NCBI GenBank assembly: GCA_963801815.1
Contig: CAWDGJ010000003.1
Location: 672,001-736,000, forward strand
Length of the DNA: 64,000 bases
From: an uncultured Verrucomicrobiae bacterium
GTDB taxonomy: Bacteria > Verrucomicrobiota > Verrucomicrobiia > Chthoniobacterales > UBA10450
Direction of reading: 5' to 3'
In this document: piece after piece, positions 28,776 to 40,561 of the stretch
Layout: every line of letters starts with the position of its first letter
Position numbering within the stretch: the first letter of the stretch is position 1
The notes under the pieces: generated by a model
Database searches by the model: none
What the model saw: only the letters and a program-made list of their open reading frames with translations
Told to the model about the DNA's origin: nothing
Position numbers and translations under genes: made by a program

Positions 28776-29750
28776 TTAGCCCCAAAGTTCTCTTCGAGGA
28801 ACGCCGATCCTTCCGTCGCGATAGCTGAGTCCGTGATCACGGTCTCGGGCGAGGAGGAGGGGACCGTCAAGATCGACACAGTCGGCGACGCTCGCGATCA
28901 CGCGCGCCGGCGCCATGCTCAACGAAGTTGCAACCATACAGCCAATCAACAATTTGAAACCACTTTCCCGTGCCTGTGTGCACAAATGCAGCGCTTCGGT
29001 TAACCCGCCCGTCTTGTCGAGCTTCACATTGATGAGCTCGTAACGATTTTTCAAACGCGATAGATCGGCGCTGATATGACAACTTTCGTCTGCACAGACC
29101 GGGATTGGATGATCCAGATTCTCTAAAACCTCATCGGCGTTGGCTGGGAATGGTTGTTCGATCAACTCGACGCGGAGCGCTTTCAGTTTCGGCGTGATAT
29201 TGCGATAATGGTCAGGTGACCACGATTCGTTCGCATCCACTAACAAGCGTGCATTCGGCGCCGCGTAGTGAACGGTTTCGACTCGCGCCAGGTCGGAATC
29301 GTCGCCACTAAGTTTGAGTTTAAGAATCGGAGACGTTGAGCTTGCGCCGGCCGCGTGACCCATCTTGTCCGGCGTGTCGAGACTGATCGTGAAAGAAGTT
29401 TCGACTTCGGAAACCATCGTAATTTCGGCAAGTTCCCACGCCCGTTTTCCGGAAAGTTTCGACTCCAGGTCCCACAATGCGCAGTCGAGTGCATTTCGAG
29501 CTGCTCCCGGGGGCAAGAGTTTTTGCAGACTCTCTCGATTTAAATTCTTCTCGCTCTTGATCGATTCAATTTGGGCCAGAACTGATTCGGACGTCTGATT
29601 GTAACGCCGGATCGGCACACCTTCGCCGCGGCCGACGTATTGGCCGTCATTGACAGTCGCAACGACAACGCGCGCTTCGGTTCGACTGCCCCGCGAGATG
29701 CGAAAGGTTTCCCGAAGAGGCCAGACTTCTTCGGTTGCTTCAATCTGCAT
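28776..29750 (-). CDS. Dipeptide epimerase (L-Ala-D/L-Glu epimerase-like, enolase superfamily)
   Basis: FRISRG, ARNALDCALWDL, KLK, DANE, ADES, KLDKTGG, DLDGP. Confidence 0.92.
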   Translation of the reverse strand: MQIEATEEVWPLRETFRISRGSRTEARVVVATVNDGQYVGRGEGVPIRRYNQTSESVLAQIESIKSEKNLNRESLQKLLPPGAARNALDCALWDLESKLSGKRAWELAEITMVSEVETSFTISLDTPDKMGHAAGASSTSPILKLKLSGDDSDLARVETVHYAAPNARLLVDANESWSPDHYRNITPKLKALRVELIEQPFPANADEVLENLDHPIPVCADESCHISADLSRLKNRYELINVKLDKTGGLTEALHLCTQARESGFKLLIGCMVATSLSMAPARVIASVADCVDLDGPLLLARDRDHGLSYRDGRIGVPRRELWG

Positions 29751-29833
29751 TTCTCTAAGGAACGCAGGAAAGCAGGAATGCAATTTCAGGTTTTAAGATT
29801 TTTCGCGACCCAAATCGGAACTAACGTCCTACC

Positions 29834-30310
29834 ATGAAGCCATTCGTTTTGTTGGTCCTGATGCTGGTTGCGTTCTCCGTCGCCTCGGCGGAGCCATTTG
29901 CCGTCATCGTTCGTCACGCGGAAAAAGCGGCAAACGATCCCAAAGATCCTGACTTATCTCCGGCGGGTCGAGAACGAGCGGAAGCGCTTGCCAGAATTTT
30001 GAAGGACGCGGGTATCACCGCAATTTTCACGAGTGAGTTCAAACGGACCCAGGAAACGGCGGCTCCGACATCGGCGGCAACAGGCATTGCGCCAACCGTT
30101 ATTGGCGGGAAAGATACCGAGTCGCTTGTTTCCAGGTTGCATCAATTAACCGGCAACGCACTCGTTGTCGGTCATGGGGATACGATTCCGAACATTCTCA
30201 AGGCACTCGGAATTGACGCCGCGGTTACAATTCCTGACGACGACTACACCGAATTATTTGTCGTCACTTTGGGCGCTAGGCCGCAATTGCTGCGACTGCA
30301 TTTTCCTTAG
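29834..30310 (+). CDS. Histidine phosphatase family protein (secreted)
   Basis: VRHAEK, LSPAG, RTQETA, VVGH. Confidence 0.88.
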   Translation: MKPFVLLVLMLVAFSVASAEPFAVIVRHAEKAANDPKDPDLSPAGRERAEALARILKDAGITAIFTSEFKRTQETAAPTSAATGIAPTVIGGKDTESLVSRLHQLTGNALVVGHGDTIPNILKALGIDAAVTIPDDDYTELFVVTLGARPQLLRLHFP

Positions 30311-30318
30311 CCGCGGGG

Positions 30319-30528
30319 TCAACAAATGCCGAGCAGGCACTTGGCTTTTTCTACGCTGCTGGGATCGCCGAAAAACTGGAAGGCGACCCGGCCGTCACGT
30401 TTTTTCAGGACGATTCGAAGCGGGCCAAACTCGTGACCGTTCAATTTGCGGAGAACGTCGTCTTTTGTTTGGCGGATTAAATTCCGTTCGAGCCATCGCG
30501 GTTTAAAACCCATTTCCAAACGGACCAT
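30319..30528 (-). CDS. Small hypothetical protein
   Basis: 69-aa ATG ORF in an otherwise empty gap. Confidence 0.45.
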   Translation of the reverse strand: MVRLEMGFKPRWLERNLIRQTKDDVLRKLNGHEFGPLRIVLKKRDGRVAFQFFGDPSSVEKAKCLLGIC

Positions 30529-30634
30529 AAGAAGCGCAATTGAAAAAGCACGAACCGAGCCAGTGCATTAAGCCATCGCCCGCATCGCGGGTGCCGGGTA
30601 AGGAGCTAGTTCAGAAAGAGATCTGCGCTGCCAA

Positions 30635-32587
30635 TCACTTCAGGTATTTGTCGAACCATGCCAGGGTCTGGTTCATCCGATCGGCCTGATTTTCAGGCTT
30701 CAAGAACATATGGCCTTCGCCGGGATAGATGATCAACTGCGTCGGAACACCGAGGGTTCGCAACGCGTGCCAGAATTCATACGATTGCGGGGATGGGCAT
30801 TCCGCGTCGTGCTCACCGACAATCACCAGTGTTGGTGTCTTCACATTCTTGATGAACTTGATCGGTGAACTTTTTTCGTAGGCGGCCGGATCGTCATAAA
30901 CCGACGCCCCGAAGAAGGGAATCATCCATTGGTCAATCAGGTTTTGCCCGTAATAACTTTGCCAGTTCGCGACACCCGCCCCCGCAACGGCGGCGTGGAA
31001 CCGGTCGGTTTGCGTAACTGTCCACATCGTCATGAATCCGCCGTAACTCCAGCCGGTCACACCGAGACGATTCGGATCGACCGGATATCTCTTTATCACG
31101 GCATCAGTGCCGGCGAGATCGTCACGAAGATCGCCGTAACCAAGGTCGTTTACGTTTGCGCGAGTAAAATCCTCGCCCTGGCCATAACTTCCGCGCGGAT
31201 TCGGCAGCAGCACGTAGTAGCCGTGCGAAGAAAGCGCGGCGATGATCGCGCGCGACATTCCGGCCCCGGCGGGCCATTCCGAGCTTGTTTGACTGGATGG
31301 CCCGCCGTGAATCAAGACAACCATGGGATATTTTTTCCCGGACTCGACTTTTGCGGGCGGCACCAACCAGCCCTGAATATTAAATCCTTCATTCGTCCAT
31401 TTGATGCTCTCCGCTTTGCCCCAAGTCATCGGTAGAGCGGAGTTGTTGTTGGTAAGTTGTCGCCAATGACCGACCGGACCCGCCCAAACCTCGGGCGGTG
31501 TGTTGTAATTACCGAGAACGGCAGCCGCGAGCTTGCCATCACGCGAAAGCGCAAAATTTGGAAAATTGCCGAAGGCGTGAATACCTTCATCGCTCTTGGA
31601 AATTGTGTGCATTGAATTGTCAGCAAGCGACAACTCAGAGATTGCGCTTCCCCCGCCGACGTATTCCGTGACGAGGATTCGATCGGGCGTCAGCCAAAAC
31701 AAGGAGCTCACCGATGTTTTGCGACCGGGCGTTCGATTGGTCGCGGAGCCGCCGGTTGCCGGGACGGTAAATAAATCGCCGCCGTGAAATCCTTCGTCGC
31801 TCATGATGCCCTCGATGAACGCGATCTGTTTTCCGTCCGGCGACCAGCGCGGCACTGCAAGTTGAAGCGAAGGTTTGTAGATCGGACGTCGCTTTGCGCA
31901 GCAGCAATGTCGATCTTGTAGATCTGCGCAATCCACCAGTTGTTGTCGCCCGGGCCAGGAGCGGCGGTCGCTACGAACGTTTTGTCGTCCGGCGACCAAT
32001 CGAAAGTCGTAAACGTGGAGATCCGCCGGCGAAACCTGCTTCAGCTGGCCGGTCGCCACGTCGAGAACGGCAATCCGCTGGTTATGAATTGCCTTGTCGA
32101 TGACTCCGGTCGTTGTCGGCGCGGCCATGAGCGGCCCCCCTCCGCCAGCCCCCTCTATATATAAGAGAGCGATTTGACTCCCGTCGCGGGACCAATGCGG
32201 CCGGGCGGCGTAGCCGCTGAGCTTGGTCAGTTTTTTCGCGCCCGAGCCGTCCGCATTAACTATCCAGAGCTGTTTTTGCTCGCCTTCGCCGGCGTTGGAT
32301 AAAAAGGTCAGCGTTTTGGAATCTGGCGACCACGCTGGGTCGGTATCGATTCGATTGCTGCCGTTTCCGATGGTGATCTTCACCGGCGCCGAGCCAGCCG
32401 CCGTTTTGCAAAGGTAGGTTTGCTTCGACGACGTCGCGGCAATCGATTGCACCCAGGCGACATGCGTTCCGTCGGGCGAAAGAGCGACGTCGCCGTAGAG
32501 AACGGTCTTACCGAGTTGTTCGGTCAAGTTCATGGTTTGAGCTGTTAATAGTGAAGGAAAAAGACAAAGCAGAAAAAAGTGCCTCAT
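30635..32587 (-). CDS. S9 family (acylaminoacyl/dipeptidyl) peptidase; compensating frameshifts near 31885-32005
   Basis: PD40 repeats, IHGGP, GWSYGG, D and EGH; the alternate frame gives FDWSPDDKTF...NNWW. Confidence 0.92.
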   Translation of the reverse strand: MRHFFLLCLFPSLLTAQTMNLTEQLGKTVLYGDVALSPDGTHVAWVQSIAATSSKQTYLCKTAAGSAPVKITIGNGSNRIDTDPAWSPDSKTLTFLSNAGEGEQKQLWIVNADGSGAKKLTKLSGYAARPHWSRDGSQIALLYIEGAGGGGPLMAAPTTTGVIDKAIHNQRIAVLDVATGQLKQVSPADLHVYDFRLVAGRQNVRSDRRSWPGRQQLVDCADLQDRHCCCAKRRPIYKPSLQLAVPRWSPDGKQIAFIEGIMSDEGFHGGDLFTVPATGGSATNRTPGRKTSVSSLFWLTPDRILVTEYVGGGSAISELSLADNSMHTISKSDEGIHAFGNFPNFALSRDGKLAAAVLGNYNTPPEVWAGPVGHWRQLTNNNSALPMTWGKAESIKWTNEGFNIQGWLVPPAKVESGKKYPMVVLIHGGPSSQTSSEWPAGAGMSRAIIAALSSHGYYVLLPNPRGSYGQGEDFTRANVNDLGYGDLRDDLAGTDAVIKRYPVDPNRLGVTGWSYGGFMTMWTVTQTDRFHAAVAGAGVANWQSYYGQNLIDQWMIPFFGASVYDDPAAYEKSSPIKFIKNVKTPTLVIVGEHDAECPSPQSYEFWHALRTLGVPTQLIIYPGEGHMFLKPENQADRMNQTLAWFDKYLK

Positions 32588-32700
32588 GCGAGAATCGTTT
32601 TCGAGATTCCGGCGATAAAGCGGCGAAACGTCCAGAACAATCTTAAAGCGTTCGCGCGCGCGAACTTTACGGCCCGAGGTGCCGAGCAGAGCGAGCCCAC

Positions 32701-34302
32701 CTAGGAAGCCGGGCGCTGCGATCGGGCGTCGAAGCGGTTGTCGGATCGCACGAAAACGAATGTAGTTAGCGCGCCTCCGATTGCTAAGATCGCGCCTCCG
32801 GCCATGACTGCTCGAAAACCGGAAACAAACGATTCATCGACAGCGCGTCGGACAAGCTGATGCGTTTCCGCGTCCTGGCTTTCCGGAACGGTGATGGCCG
32901 CGAGCTTGTTCCTTTGGCTTTGGACCGATTGCACAACCCGATCAGCCAGACCTGATGCGGCCAGTCTCGCACTTAGCTGATATTTGAATACCTGGAGCAT
33001 GAGGATGCCGAAAACCGCGATAGCCAAAAGTCCGGCGGTCCGCGAGACTGCGTTGTTTACTCCAGAGGCAATGCCCGCGCGAGTTTGTGGGACCGAGCTC
33101 ATGACCACAGTGGTGAGAGGCGCAACGCTGATCGCCATCCCCAGGCCAAGGACCGCGACGGGCGGAAAAAAGTCTGTCCAATAGTTATCGCCAACTCCCG
33201 ATCGGGAAAAAAGCGCGTAACCGCCGGCTATGATGAGCGGGCCGACAATCAACGGCAGTCTCGCTCCGTAGCGATTGACAAGTCCGCCAGACCAACGCGA
33301 GAGAACAAACATCAGCAAAATAAACGGCAACAAGGCCGCGCCCGCTTCAGTTGCGGCGTAGTGTTGAACTTGAATCAAGTTCAACGGAAGAAAGAAAAGT
33401 GTTCCGCCGAGTGCGGCGTAGAGTAAGAACGTCAGGAGATTCATTCCACTAAATGTCCGGGAGCGGAACAGCGTGAGCGGCAGCATTGGATGAGAGATGC
33501 GCGCCTCAAACAGCAGAAACGCAATCAGAAGGATCCCGGCCGCAATGAGAACAAGAATCACAGATCGATCACCGAAACCGAGTCTCGAGGATTCGATTAA
33601 TCCGTAAACGAGTGCGCCGAGTCCAAACGCGACCAGGATCGCGCCAATCCAGTCGACCTTGCTTTTCTCGTCGTCACAACTTTCGCGAACATGTTTCAAC
33701 GAAATGACAATCACTGCCAGCGCGAGAGGAACGTTGATGAAAAACACGGCCCGCCATGAGACGTGTTCGATAAGCCACCCCCCAATTACAGGGCCGGCGC
33801 CGGCAGTGATTGCGCTAAATCCCGACCATGTTCCGATCGCGCGTCCGCGTTGTTGTTCGGAGAAGGAATTACTGATGATGGCAAGACTGCCGGGAACAAG
33901 CAGCGCCGCACCAGCTCCCTGGATTCCGCGGGCGACGATGAGCTGGCGAACGTCCCCGGCGAATCCGCAAGAGGCTGATGCCAGCGCGAAAACGCCCACG
34001 CCAATCAAAAAGATTTTCCGGCGCCCGTAGTGATCGCCCAGCGAACCGCCAACCAACAAGAGCGCAGAAAGAAACAGGGAGTAGGCCTCGATCACCCATT
34101 GCACATCGATTGCCGTGGCGTTGAGGTTTGTTTGGAGCGCCGGCAACGCGACGTTCACGACAGTGCCATCGATGAACGCCATGCTCGAGGCAAGAATGGT
34201 GGCGGTGAGCACCCATCGACCGCGCGATTTTGCACACGGCTCGATGGCGGACCGGGAGCGAATTACGCTTTCATCGCAGGGATCTCGAAAGATCGCCCAC
34301 AT
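32701..34302 (-). CDS. MFS drug:H+ antiporter (DHA2)
   Basis: DGTVVNVALP, GSLGDHYGRR, WRAVFFINVP. Confidence 0.92.
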   Translation of the reverse strand: MWAIFRDPCDESVIRSRSAIEPCAKSRGRWVLTATILASSMAFIDGTVVNVALPALQTNLNATAIDVQWVIEAYSLFLSALLLVGGSLGDHYGRRKIFLIGVGVFALASASCGFAGDVRQLIVARGIQGAGAALLVPGSLAIISNSFSEQQRGRAIGTWSGFSAITAGAGPVIGGWLIEHVSWRAVFFINVPLALAVIVISLKHVRESCDDEKSKVDWIGAILVAFGLGALVYGLIESSRLGFGDRSVILVLIAAGILLIAFLLFEARISHPMLPLTLFRSRTFSGMNLLTFLLYAALGGTLFFLPLNLIQVQHYAATEAGAALLPFILLMFVLSRWSGGLVNRYGARLPLIVGPLIIAGGYALFSRSGVGDNYWTDFFPPVAVLGLGMAISVAPLTTVVMSSVPQTRAGIASGVNNAVSRTAGLLAIAVFGILMLQVFKYQLSARLAASGLADRVVQSVQSQRNKLAAITVPESQDAETHQLVRRAVDESFVSGFRAVMAGGAILAIGGALTTFVFVRSDNRFDARSQRPAS

Positions 34303-34304
34303 GT

Positions 34305-34574
34305 TCAGTATTCACAAAACGTCTCGTCGGAATAGCAATACAACCAGCGCTCGTCCGGTTGCGCGGAAGCAATCACCGGATGACCGCTGGCGTGGGCATG
34401 TTTGCTGGCGTGACGATTGGGCGAGCTGTCGCAGCAAAGTGTGACGTCGCAGGTCTGGCATGTTCGTAGATGCACCCATGAGGCGCCGATTTTTACGCAT
34501 TCGACGCATTCGCGCACCTTTGGCTGTTTCACTGAATCGACGGCGTTGAGGTGGGCGCAGGGACGATCAGTCAT
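34305..34574 (-). CDS. UBP-type zinc finger protein
   Basis: CAH, CVEC, WVHLRTCQTC, CCDSSPNRHA..H. Confidence 0.9.
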   Translation of the reverse strand: MTDRPCAHLNAVDSVKQPKVRECVECVKIGASWVHLRTCQTCDVTLCCDSSPNRHASKHAHASGHPVIASAQPDERWLYCYSDETFCEY

Positions 34575-36289
34575 TTACGATTGTCGTTGTTTGACGTTGC
34601 CAGGCGAAGATGAATTCCGGCGACGGCCATGCCTCCCTCGCCCACAGCGGCCGCGCAACGCTTCACCGATCCGGACCGCACGTCGCCGGCTGCAAAAATT
34701 CCCGGCAGACTTGTTTCCATCGGGGTTGGTTGACGTTTGCTCGCACGCCACGCTGGTTCGTCTGCGACCGCGGTGCCGGTTTTGATAAATCCTCTGTCGT
34801 CACGCGCGATCTCGGCCGGCAGCCATTCCGTGCACGGCTTAGCGCCGATCATCGAAAATACGGCGGGAGTCTTGATGACTCGTCGCTCGCCCGTTTTCGT
34901 GTTCTCGAGCTCAACTTCCTCGAGTTTTTGACCACCGGACATCCGTCGAACTTCCGTGCGGTAAAGAATTTCGATGTTCTTCTGCGCCTGCACCCGACGA
35001 GACAGGTAATCGGACATCTTTTTTGTGATGTCATCGCCGCGAACAACCAGCAAGACTTTGCGCGCGCCGTCGGAAAGAAACATCGCCGCTTGTCCGGCCG
35101 AATTGCCACTTCCAACGACGATCACCGTTTCGTTACGGCAAATTTGACCTTCCAAAGCCGTAGCCGCGTAATAGACGCCAACCCCTTCGAATCGTTCGCG
35201 ATTTGCCGCGTCGAGCCGTCCGTAGTCCGCGCCCGTAGCAATCAGAACAGTCTTCGCCCGCAACGTTGCCGGACAGCCCTCGCTCTCGATACATGCGACG
35301 TATTCATCTTCCGGATTGTAGCGAAGGGTAAGGACTTGCGAGGGCGTGGAAAACTTCGCTCCGAATCGATAGGCCTGAAGTTGCGCGAGCCAGGTTAAGT
35401 CTCCGCCACTGACGCCGGTTGGAAATCCAAAGAAGTTTTCAATCAATGAGGACGATCCCGCCTGACCACCAGGCGCGTAACTTTCCAGAACAACGGTTTT
35501 CAATCCTTCCGACGCAGCATAAACTGCCGCGGCCAGTCCGGCCGGACCGGCGCCGACAATTGTAACGTCGGAGAAAATCTCGGTTTCATTTTCAGAAGCA
35601 AGTGCACGTAGTAATCCCGCGACTTGCGCAACCTCGCGTAAGGACGGGCGGCGCAACGGCGAGCCGCTTGGCGTGATCAAAGTTGGCAAATGGCGCGTCG
35701 CGAGATGAAAACGCTTGCTTAGCTCCTGTCCTTGTTCGCTGTCGAATTGGATAAGTCGATGCGGGATGTGATTCTTATCAAGAAAATTGTCGAGCTCATG
35801 GCCGGCGCGGTCATCGCCCGCAGCCAGAACGCGAAAGCCGGCAAATTCCCGGTCGCGGTTCAAGCGGCGGCGCCGCATGATCAACGCATTAACGATCGTC
35901 GTGCTTACGGCCGGTATTTCGGCCAACGCCCGACGAAGTTCTGCGGCCGGGACGTGAAGAATTTCCGCTTCATCCGATGTCACGCGCGTGCTCGCAAGAG
36001 CGGATGTGCCTTGTAACATCGACACATCCCCAACGAAATCGCGTTCATGCGCGGTCGCCAAAATCTGCTCTGTGCCATCGCGTTGCTCGACCGCTTCCAA
36101 TTCTCCGCGGAGGACGATCGTCAAGCCAAGGTCGCGCTGACCGGCCTTAAAAATGAGGTCACCGCGCTTCAAGTTCCGTCGCTGCCCAATCGGTTCGAGC
36201 AATGACAGCTGATGATCGTCCAGCTTCGGGAACGCGATCGCTTCCGTGTCGCGGTAAAATCGCTCGTCCTGTTCCTCAGTCGTCGGCAT
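34571..36289 (-). CDS. cNMP-binding domain + thioredoxin reductase-like FAD oxidoreductase
   Basis: N-terminal cNMP fold; GAGPAGLAAAVYAASEGL, GGQAG.SS.IEN, GNSAGQAA, AGDVRSGS. Confidence 0.9.
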   Translation of the reverse strand: MPTTEEQDERFYRDTEAIAFPKLDDHQLSLLEPIGQRRNLKRGDLIFKAGQRDLGLTIVLRGELEAVEQRDGTEQILATAHERDFVGDVSMLQGTSALASTRVTSDEAEILHVPAAELRRALAEIPAVSTTIVNALIMRRRRLNRDREFAGFRVLAAGDDRAGHELDNFLDKNHIPHRLIQFDSEQGQELSKRFHLATRHLPTLITPSGSPLRRPSLREVAQVAGLLRALASENETEIFSDVTIVGAGPAGLAAAVYAASEGLKTVVLESYAPGGQAGSSSLIENFFGFPTGVSGGDLTWLAQLQAYRFGAKFSTPSQVLTLRYNPEDEYVACIESEGCPATLRAKTVLIATGADYGRLDAANRERFEGVGVYYAATALEGQICRNETVIVVGSGNSAGQAAMFLSDGARKVLLVVRGDDITKKMSDYLSRRVQAQKNIEILYRTEVRRMSGGQKLEEVELENTKTGERRVIKTPAVFSMIGAKPCTEWLPAEIARDDRGFIKTGTAVADEPAWRASKRQPTPMETSLPGIFAAGDVRSGSVKRCAAAVGEGGMAVAGIHLRLATSNNDNRK

Positions 36290-36292
36290 GTT

Positions 36293-36913
36293 TTAATATT
36301 GCAAACGTGTCAAATACTCGCGCGCAAGATCGACATCGTCACTGGTAAGTTCGTGCCCGCTCTGAAAAAAGCGAATCGTTACGTCCGCTCCGGCGTCCCG
36401 TAACAATTTTGCCAGCTCTTTAGTGCTCGACGCCGGAATAATCGGATCGTGAGCGCCGGCGCCAATCCAAACACCAACCGAGGTTAGTTTCGGCTGTTTT
36501 TCTGGCGTCAGCGGAAGCATTGCGCGAAACAAAACCGCGGCTGATAACACTTCGGGACGAAGCAAGAGCATGCTCGCCGCAATGTTCGCACCGTTGGAAT
36601 AACCGACGGCGACGATTTCACTCTTATCGACCTCGTAATGTTGCGTCGCGGAAATCACGAAATCGGCAAGCTCATGCGTTCGCGCTTTTAAATCTTCCAA
36701 ATCAAAAACGCCTTCAGCCAGTCGACGAAAAAAACGCGGCATCCCGTTCTCAAGAGTCTTGCCTCTTGGACTAAGCAGCGAAGCACCCGGATCCAGCTCC
36801 TGACCCAGCGAAATGAGATCGCGCTCGTTGCCGCCCGTCCCATGCAAAAGCAAAAGTGTGCGCTTTGATTTTCCGGCGACGAATTCGTGAATGAAATCGG
36901 GTTGCGGTCTCAC
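36293..36913 (-). CDS. Phospholipase/carboxylesterase-type alpha/beta hydrolase
   Basis: LLHGTGG, GYSNGA, GH. Confidence 0.9.
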   Translation of the reverse strand: MRPQPDFIHEFVAGKSKRTLLLLHGTGGNERDLISLGQELDPGASLLSPRGKTLENGMPRFFRRLAEGVFDLEDLKARTHELADFVISATQHYEVDKSEIVAVGYSNGANIAASMLLLRPEVLSAAVLFRAMLPLTPEKQPKLTSVGVWIGAGAHDPIIPASSTKELAKLLRDAGADVTIRFFQSGHELTSDDVDLAREYLTRLQY

Positions 36914-37395
36914 ATCGCGTGAGTCGGCTCGGGGTGAAAGCGAAACAGCGCGATGATGCAGAGCAAAACGGAAACCACAAGCACGACGAGCTGGGTGAGC
37001 TTGAACGGACTCTCGGTTTGGGTCGGCGCTAGCGCGTGCAGGGCCGGAACCTTTTCAAACAATTGCACGACTAGGACGAAAAGATTGAAATACAAGCAGA
37101 TCACCGCGCCGATGACGTAGATCCAGCGCCATGCCCGATGGAGCTGCTTCGGATAGCGCGCGAAAATCGTGAGCGCGAGAAACGGCAGCGATATGAGTCC
37201 GAGGCCGATCGCCGGCGTGAAACCGTGAAATGGAAAGAAAAATCCGGTAACTGTCGTTGCAACCGCGGTAATCAGAAACCATTTCGTCCAACCATCGGCC
37301 CGATTTCTGGCCAGCATTGCGAACACAACAACAACGCCGGTGACGATTGCAACCAAACTGATCAGCGTGTGAATGATGGTTAATGCCTGGATCAT
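36910..37395 (-). CDS. Conserved membrane protein
   Basis: HTLISL, TGFFFP, VQLFEKVPAL..LAPTQ.E.PF; start overlaps the RND stop. Confidence 0.75.
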   Translation of the reverse strand: MIQALTIIHTLISLVAIVTGVVVVFAMLARNRADGWTKWFLITAVATTVTGFFFPFHGFTPAIGLGLISLPFLALTIFARYPKQLHRAWRWIYVIGAVICLYFNLFVLVVQLFEKVPALHALAPTQTESPFKLTQLVVLVVSVLLCIIALFRFHPEPTHAM

Positions 37396-40300
37396 TTTGT
37401 GACTCCTTCTGTTGTCGTTACTGTTAATGATTCGTGCCCGGCGAAGAATCGCTCGATGACGTAAAACGTTACCGGGATGAGGAAGATCGCGATTCCCGAT
37501 GCGGCGATCATTCCGCCGATGACGGTCGACCCAAGCACGCGACGCGCGACCGCACCGGAACCGCTGGCGAACCAGAGCGGCAAGACATCCGAAGATGAAC
37601 GCGAATGATGTCATCAGGATCGGCCGCAGGCGCAAGGCGCGCGCCTTCAAGCGCGGCGTCGAGGAGTGGTTTGCCTTTTTCGTATTCATCCTTGGCGAAT
37701 TCGACGATGAGGATCGCGTTTTTTGCGGCGAGACCGATCAGCATGACCAAACCGATTTGCGCGTAGATGTTGTTTTGCATTCCGCGCCACCAGAGGGTGA
37801 GAAAGGCGCCAAACACCGCGACCGGCGTGCCTAGCAAGACACTGAACGGCAGCGACCAGCTTTCATACAGTGCTGCGAGAATCAGAAACACGAACAAGAG
37901 CGACATTCCAAAAACCAAAGTTGGCGAGACACCTTGTTGCGCTTTCTTTTCCTGATACGACAGGCCGAGGTAGTCGTAGCCCATCTCGTTAGGCATGGTT
38001 TGTCGAAAAGTTTCCTCGAGCGCGTTCATCGCCTGGTATGAGCTGTAGCCTGGCGCGGCCGACCCGTTGATTTGAGCGGCGCGATATTCGTTGTAACGCA
38101 ACGTGAATTCCGGACCGGCGATGTCCTCGATCGTCGAGATCGCATCGAGCGGCACCGGCGTTGCCAGTCGAGTTGCGGACGAAAAACTGGCCGACGTTCT
38201 TCGCGTCGGTTCGATAATCGCCTTCTGCTTCGATGTAGACCTGCCAGGTGCGGCCGAAGCGGTTGAAGTAATTCACGAAAAAGCCGCCCATGAATGTCTG
38301 CAGCGTTTGATAAACCGAGGTGAGATCGATGCCCTGCTTGACGACTTTGTCGCGATCGACTTTGACTAAAACCTGCGGCACATTCGGCAAAAATGTCGGA
38401 ATCAAAGTGCCGAGCTCTGGCCGTTTATGCGCTGCATCCAAAAATGTCTTCACGTTTTTCGCGAGAAACGGGACGTCTTTGCCCGCGCGATCCTCAAGCA
38501 TAAAGGTGAATCCACCGGATGTGCCAACGCCCGGGAATCGCCGGTGGCGGGAAACGCAAATGCGATGCCTTCGCTGAGACCGCCGAGGTATTGATTTAAT
38601 CGCGCCTTGATTGCCGTCGTATTGTTCTTCGGGTTTCGTGCGCTCGCTCCAGGGCTTAAACGTGACGAAGAAGAACGCGCTGTAGGTATTCTGGACCAAA
38701 CTCAGCAGACTAAATCCAATGACGCTGGTCGTGTACTGGACACCGGGTGTTTTGCTCAGGAAATCTTCGATCTTATGACAGACCTGATCGGTGCGCTCGA
38801 GCGACGACGCGTCGGGCAATTGCAGCGCGAGAAAAACGTAGCCCTGATCTTCCTCGGGCAAAAAGCCGCTCGGCAATCTTTTCCCAAAAAACCGGCGCCA
38901 ACGGCAAGCACGAGCAGCAGCGCGAAACTCAGCACGGCTTTCCGAATCGCGACCCGCGACCAGTTTACATAACCGTGGGTGGCGCTGCCGAAAATGCGAT
39001 TGAACCGATCATAAAACCAACCGAGCGGGCCGCGGGTTTTCTTGCGCGGCCGGAGCAAGATCGCCGAAAGCGCAGGACTGAGTGAGAGCGCGTTGAAGGC
39101 AGAGATGATGACCGAGATCGCAATCGTCAGGGCAAACTGTTGATATAGTCGGCCGGTGATGCCGGGAAGAAATGCCGTCGGAATAAACACCGCCGAAAGC
39201 ACGAGCGCGATGCCGATGACCGGCCCCGACACTTCGCGCATCGCTTGCAGCGTTGCTTCGCGCGGCGCCATTCCTTCTTCGATGTGACGCTCGACTGCTT
39301 CGACCACGACGATCGCATCATCGACCACGAGACCGATCGCGAGCACGAGTCCGAAAAGCGAAAGCGTGTTGATCGAGAATCCGAACAACGGGAACAACAC
39401 AAACGTCCCGACTAACGAGACCGGCACCGCGCACAGCGGAATCAGCGTGGCGCGCCAGCCTTGGAGGAAAATGAAAACGACGAGCACGACGAGCGCGAGC
39501 GCTTCGAGCAGCGTTTTCAAAATTTCGCTGATGCCTTCTGTGACGGAGAGCGTTTGATCGAGCGAGACGCATAATCGATGTCGGCGGGAAACCGCTGCTT
39601 CGCTTCCGTCATCAGCTTGCGCACTGCTTGCGCGGCTTTGACCGCATTGGTTCCGGGCAACTGATACAGACGCGAGAATGGCCGCGGGCTGTCCGTTCAG
39701 ACGGCCTCTTACATTGTAAGTCTGCGCGCCGAGATCGATCCGCGCGATGTCTTTCACCCGAACGAACGAACCGTCCGGATTTGCCCTGACGACGATCTCG
39801 CCGAATTCCTCCGGCGTTTGCAGCCGACCCTGCGCGCGCACTGTGTAGGTAAATTTTTGTCCGCTCGGAATCGGTTCGCCTCCGACCTGGCCCGCCGGAT
39901 TCACCGTGTGTTCTGCTTTTGCACCGCGGTGATGATGTCGGGAACGGTGATGCCAAGCTTCGCGAGTTGGTCGGGCTTCACCCACAAGCGCATCGCGTAT
40001 TGGCCCGCGCCGAAAATCTGCACGTTTCCAATTCCCGGAACGCGGGTCAGTTGATCGACCAGGTTGATGTAAGCGTAGTTCGCGAGGAAAATGTTCGTCG
40101 TAGGTTCCTTTCGGCGAATAAAGCGAGACCAGCATCAGCGGCGCCGTTGTCGATTTCTTCACCGTGACGCCGTAGTTGTTCACGTCGGCCGGCAATTGCG
40201 ATTGCGCTTGCGAGACGCGCAGCTGCGTCAGCACCTGATCGATGTTCGGATCGGTCGCGACGTCGAAATTGACGATCAATCGAATGTCGCCGCTGTTGGC

Positions 40301-40547
40301 GTTGATCGAGTACATGTAATTCATGTTGTCGACGCCGCTCATCTGCTGCTCGATCGGCGCCGCGACGGATTGCTCGACCGTCAGCGCGTCCGCGCCGGTG
40401 TAGTGCGTTTGCACCTGAATTTCTGGCGGCGCGATTTGCGGATATTGCGAGATCGGTAGAGCCGAGAATGCAGACACCGCCGATCAGCGTCATCAAAACG
40501 GCGATGACGATCGCGACAATCGGACGCCTAACGAAAAACTCAGACAT
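37392..40547 (-). CDS. RND efflux permease (HAE1), broken by roughly ten frameshifts
   Basis: Fragments [55 protein letters not shown]. Confidence 0.88.
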
Positions 40548-40561
40548 CGCCGGTTAGGTTT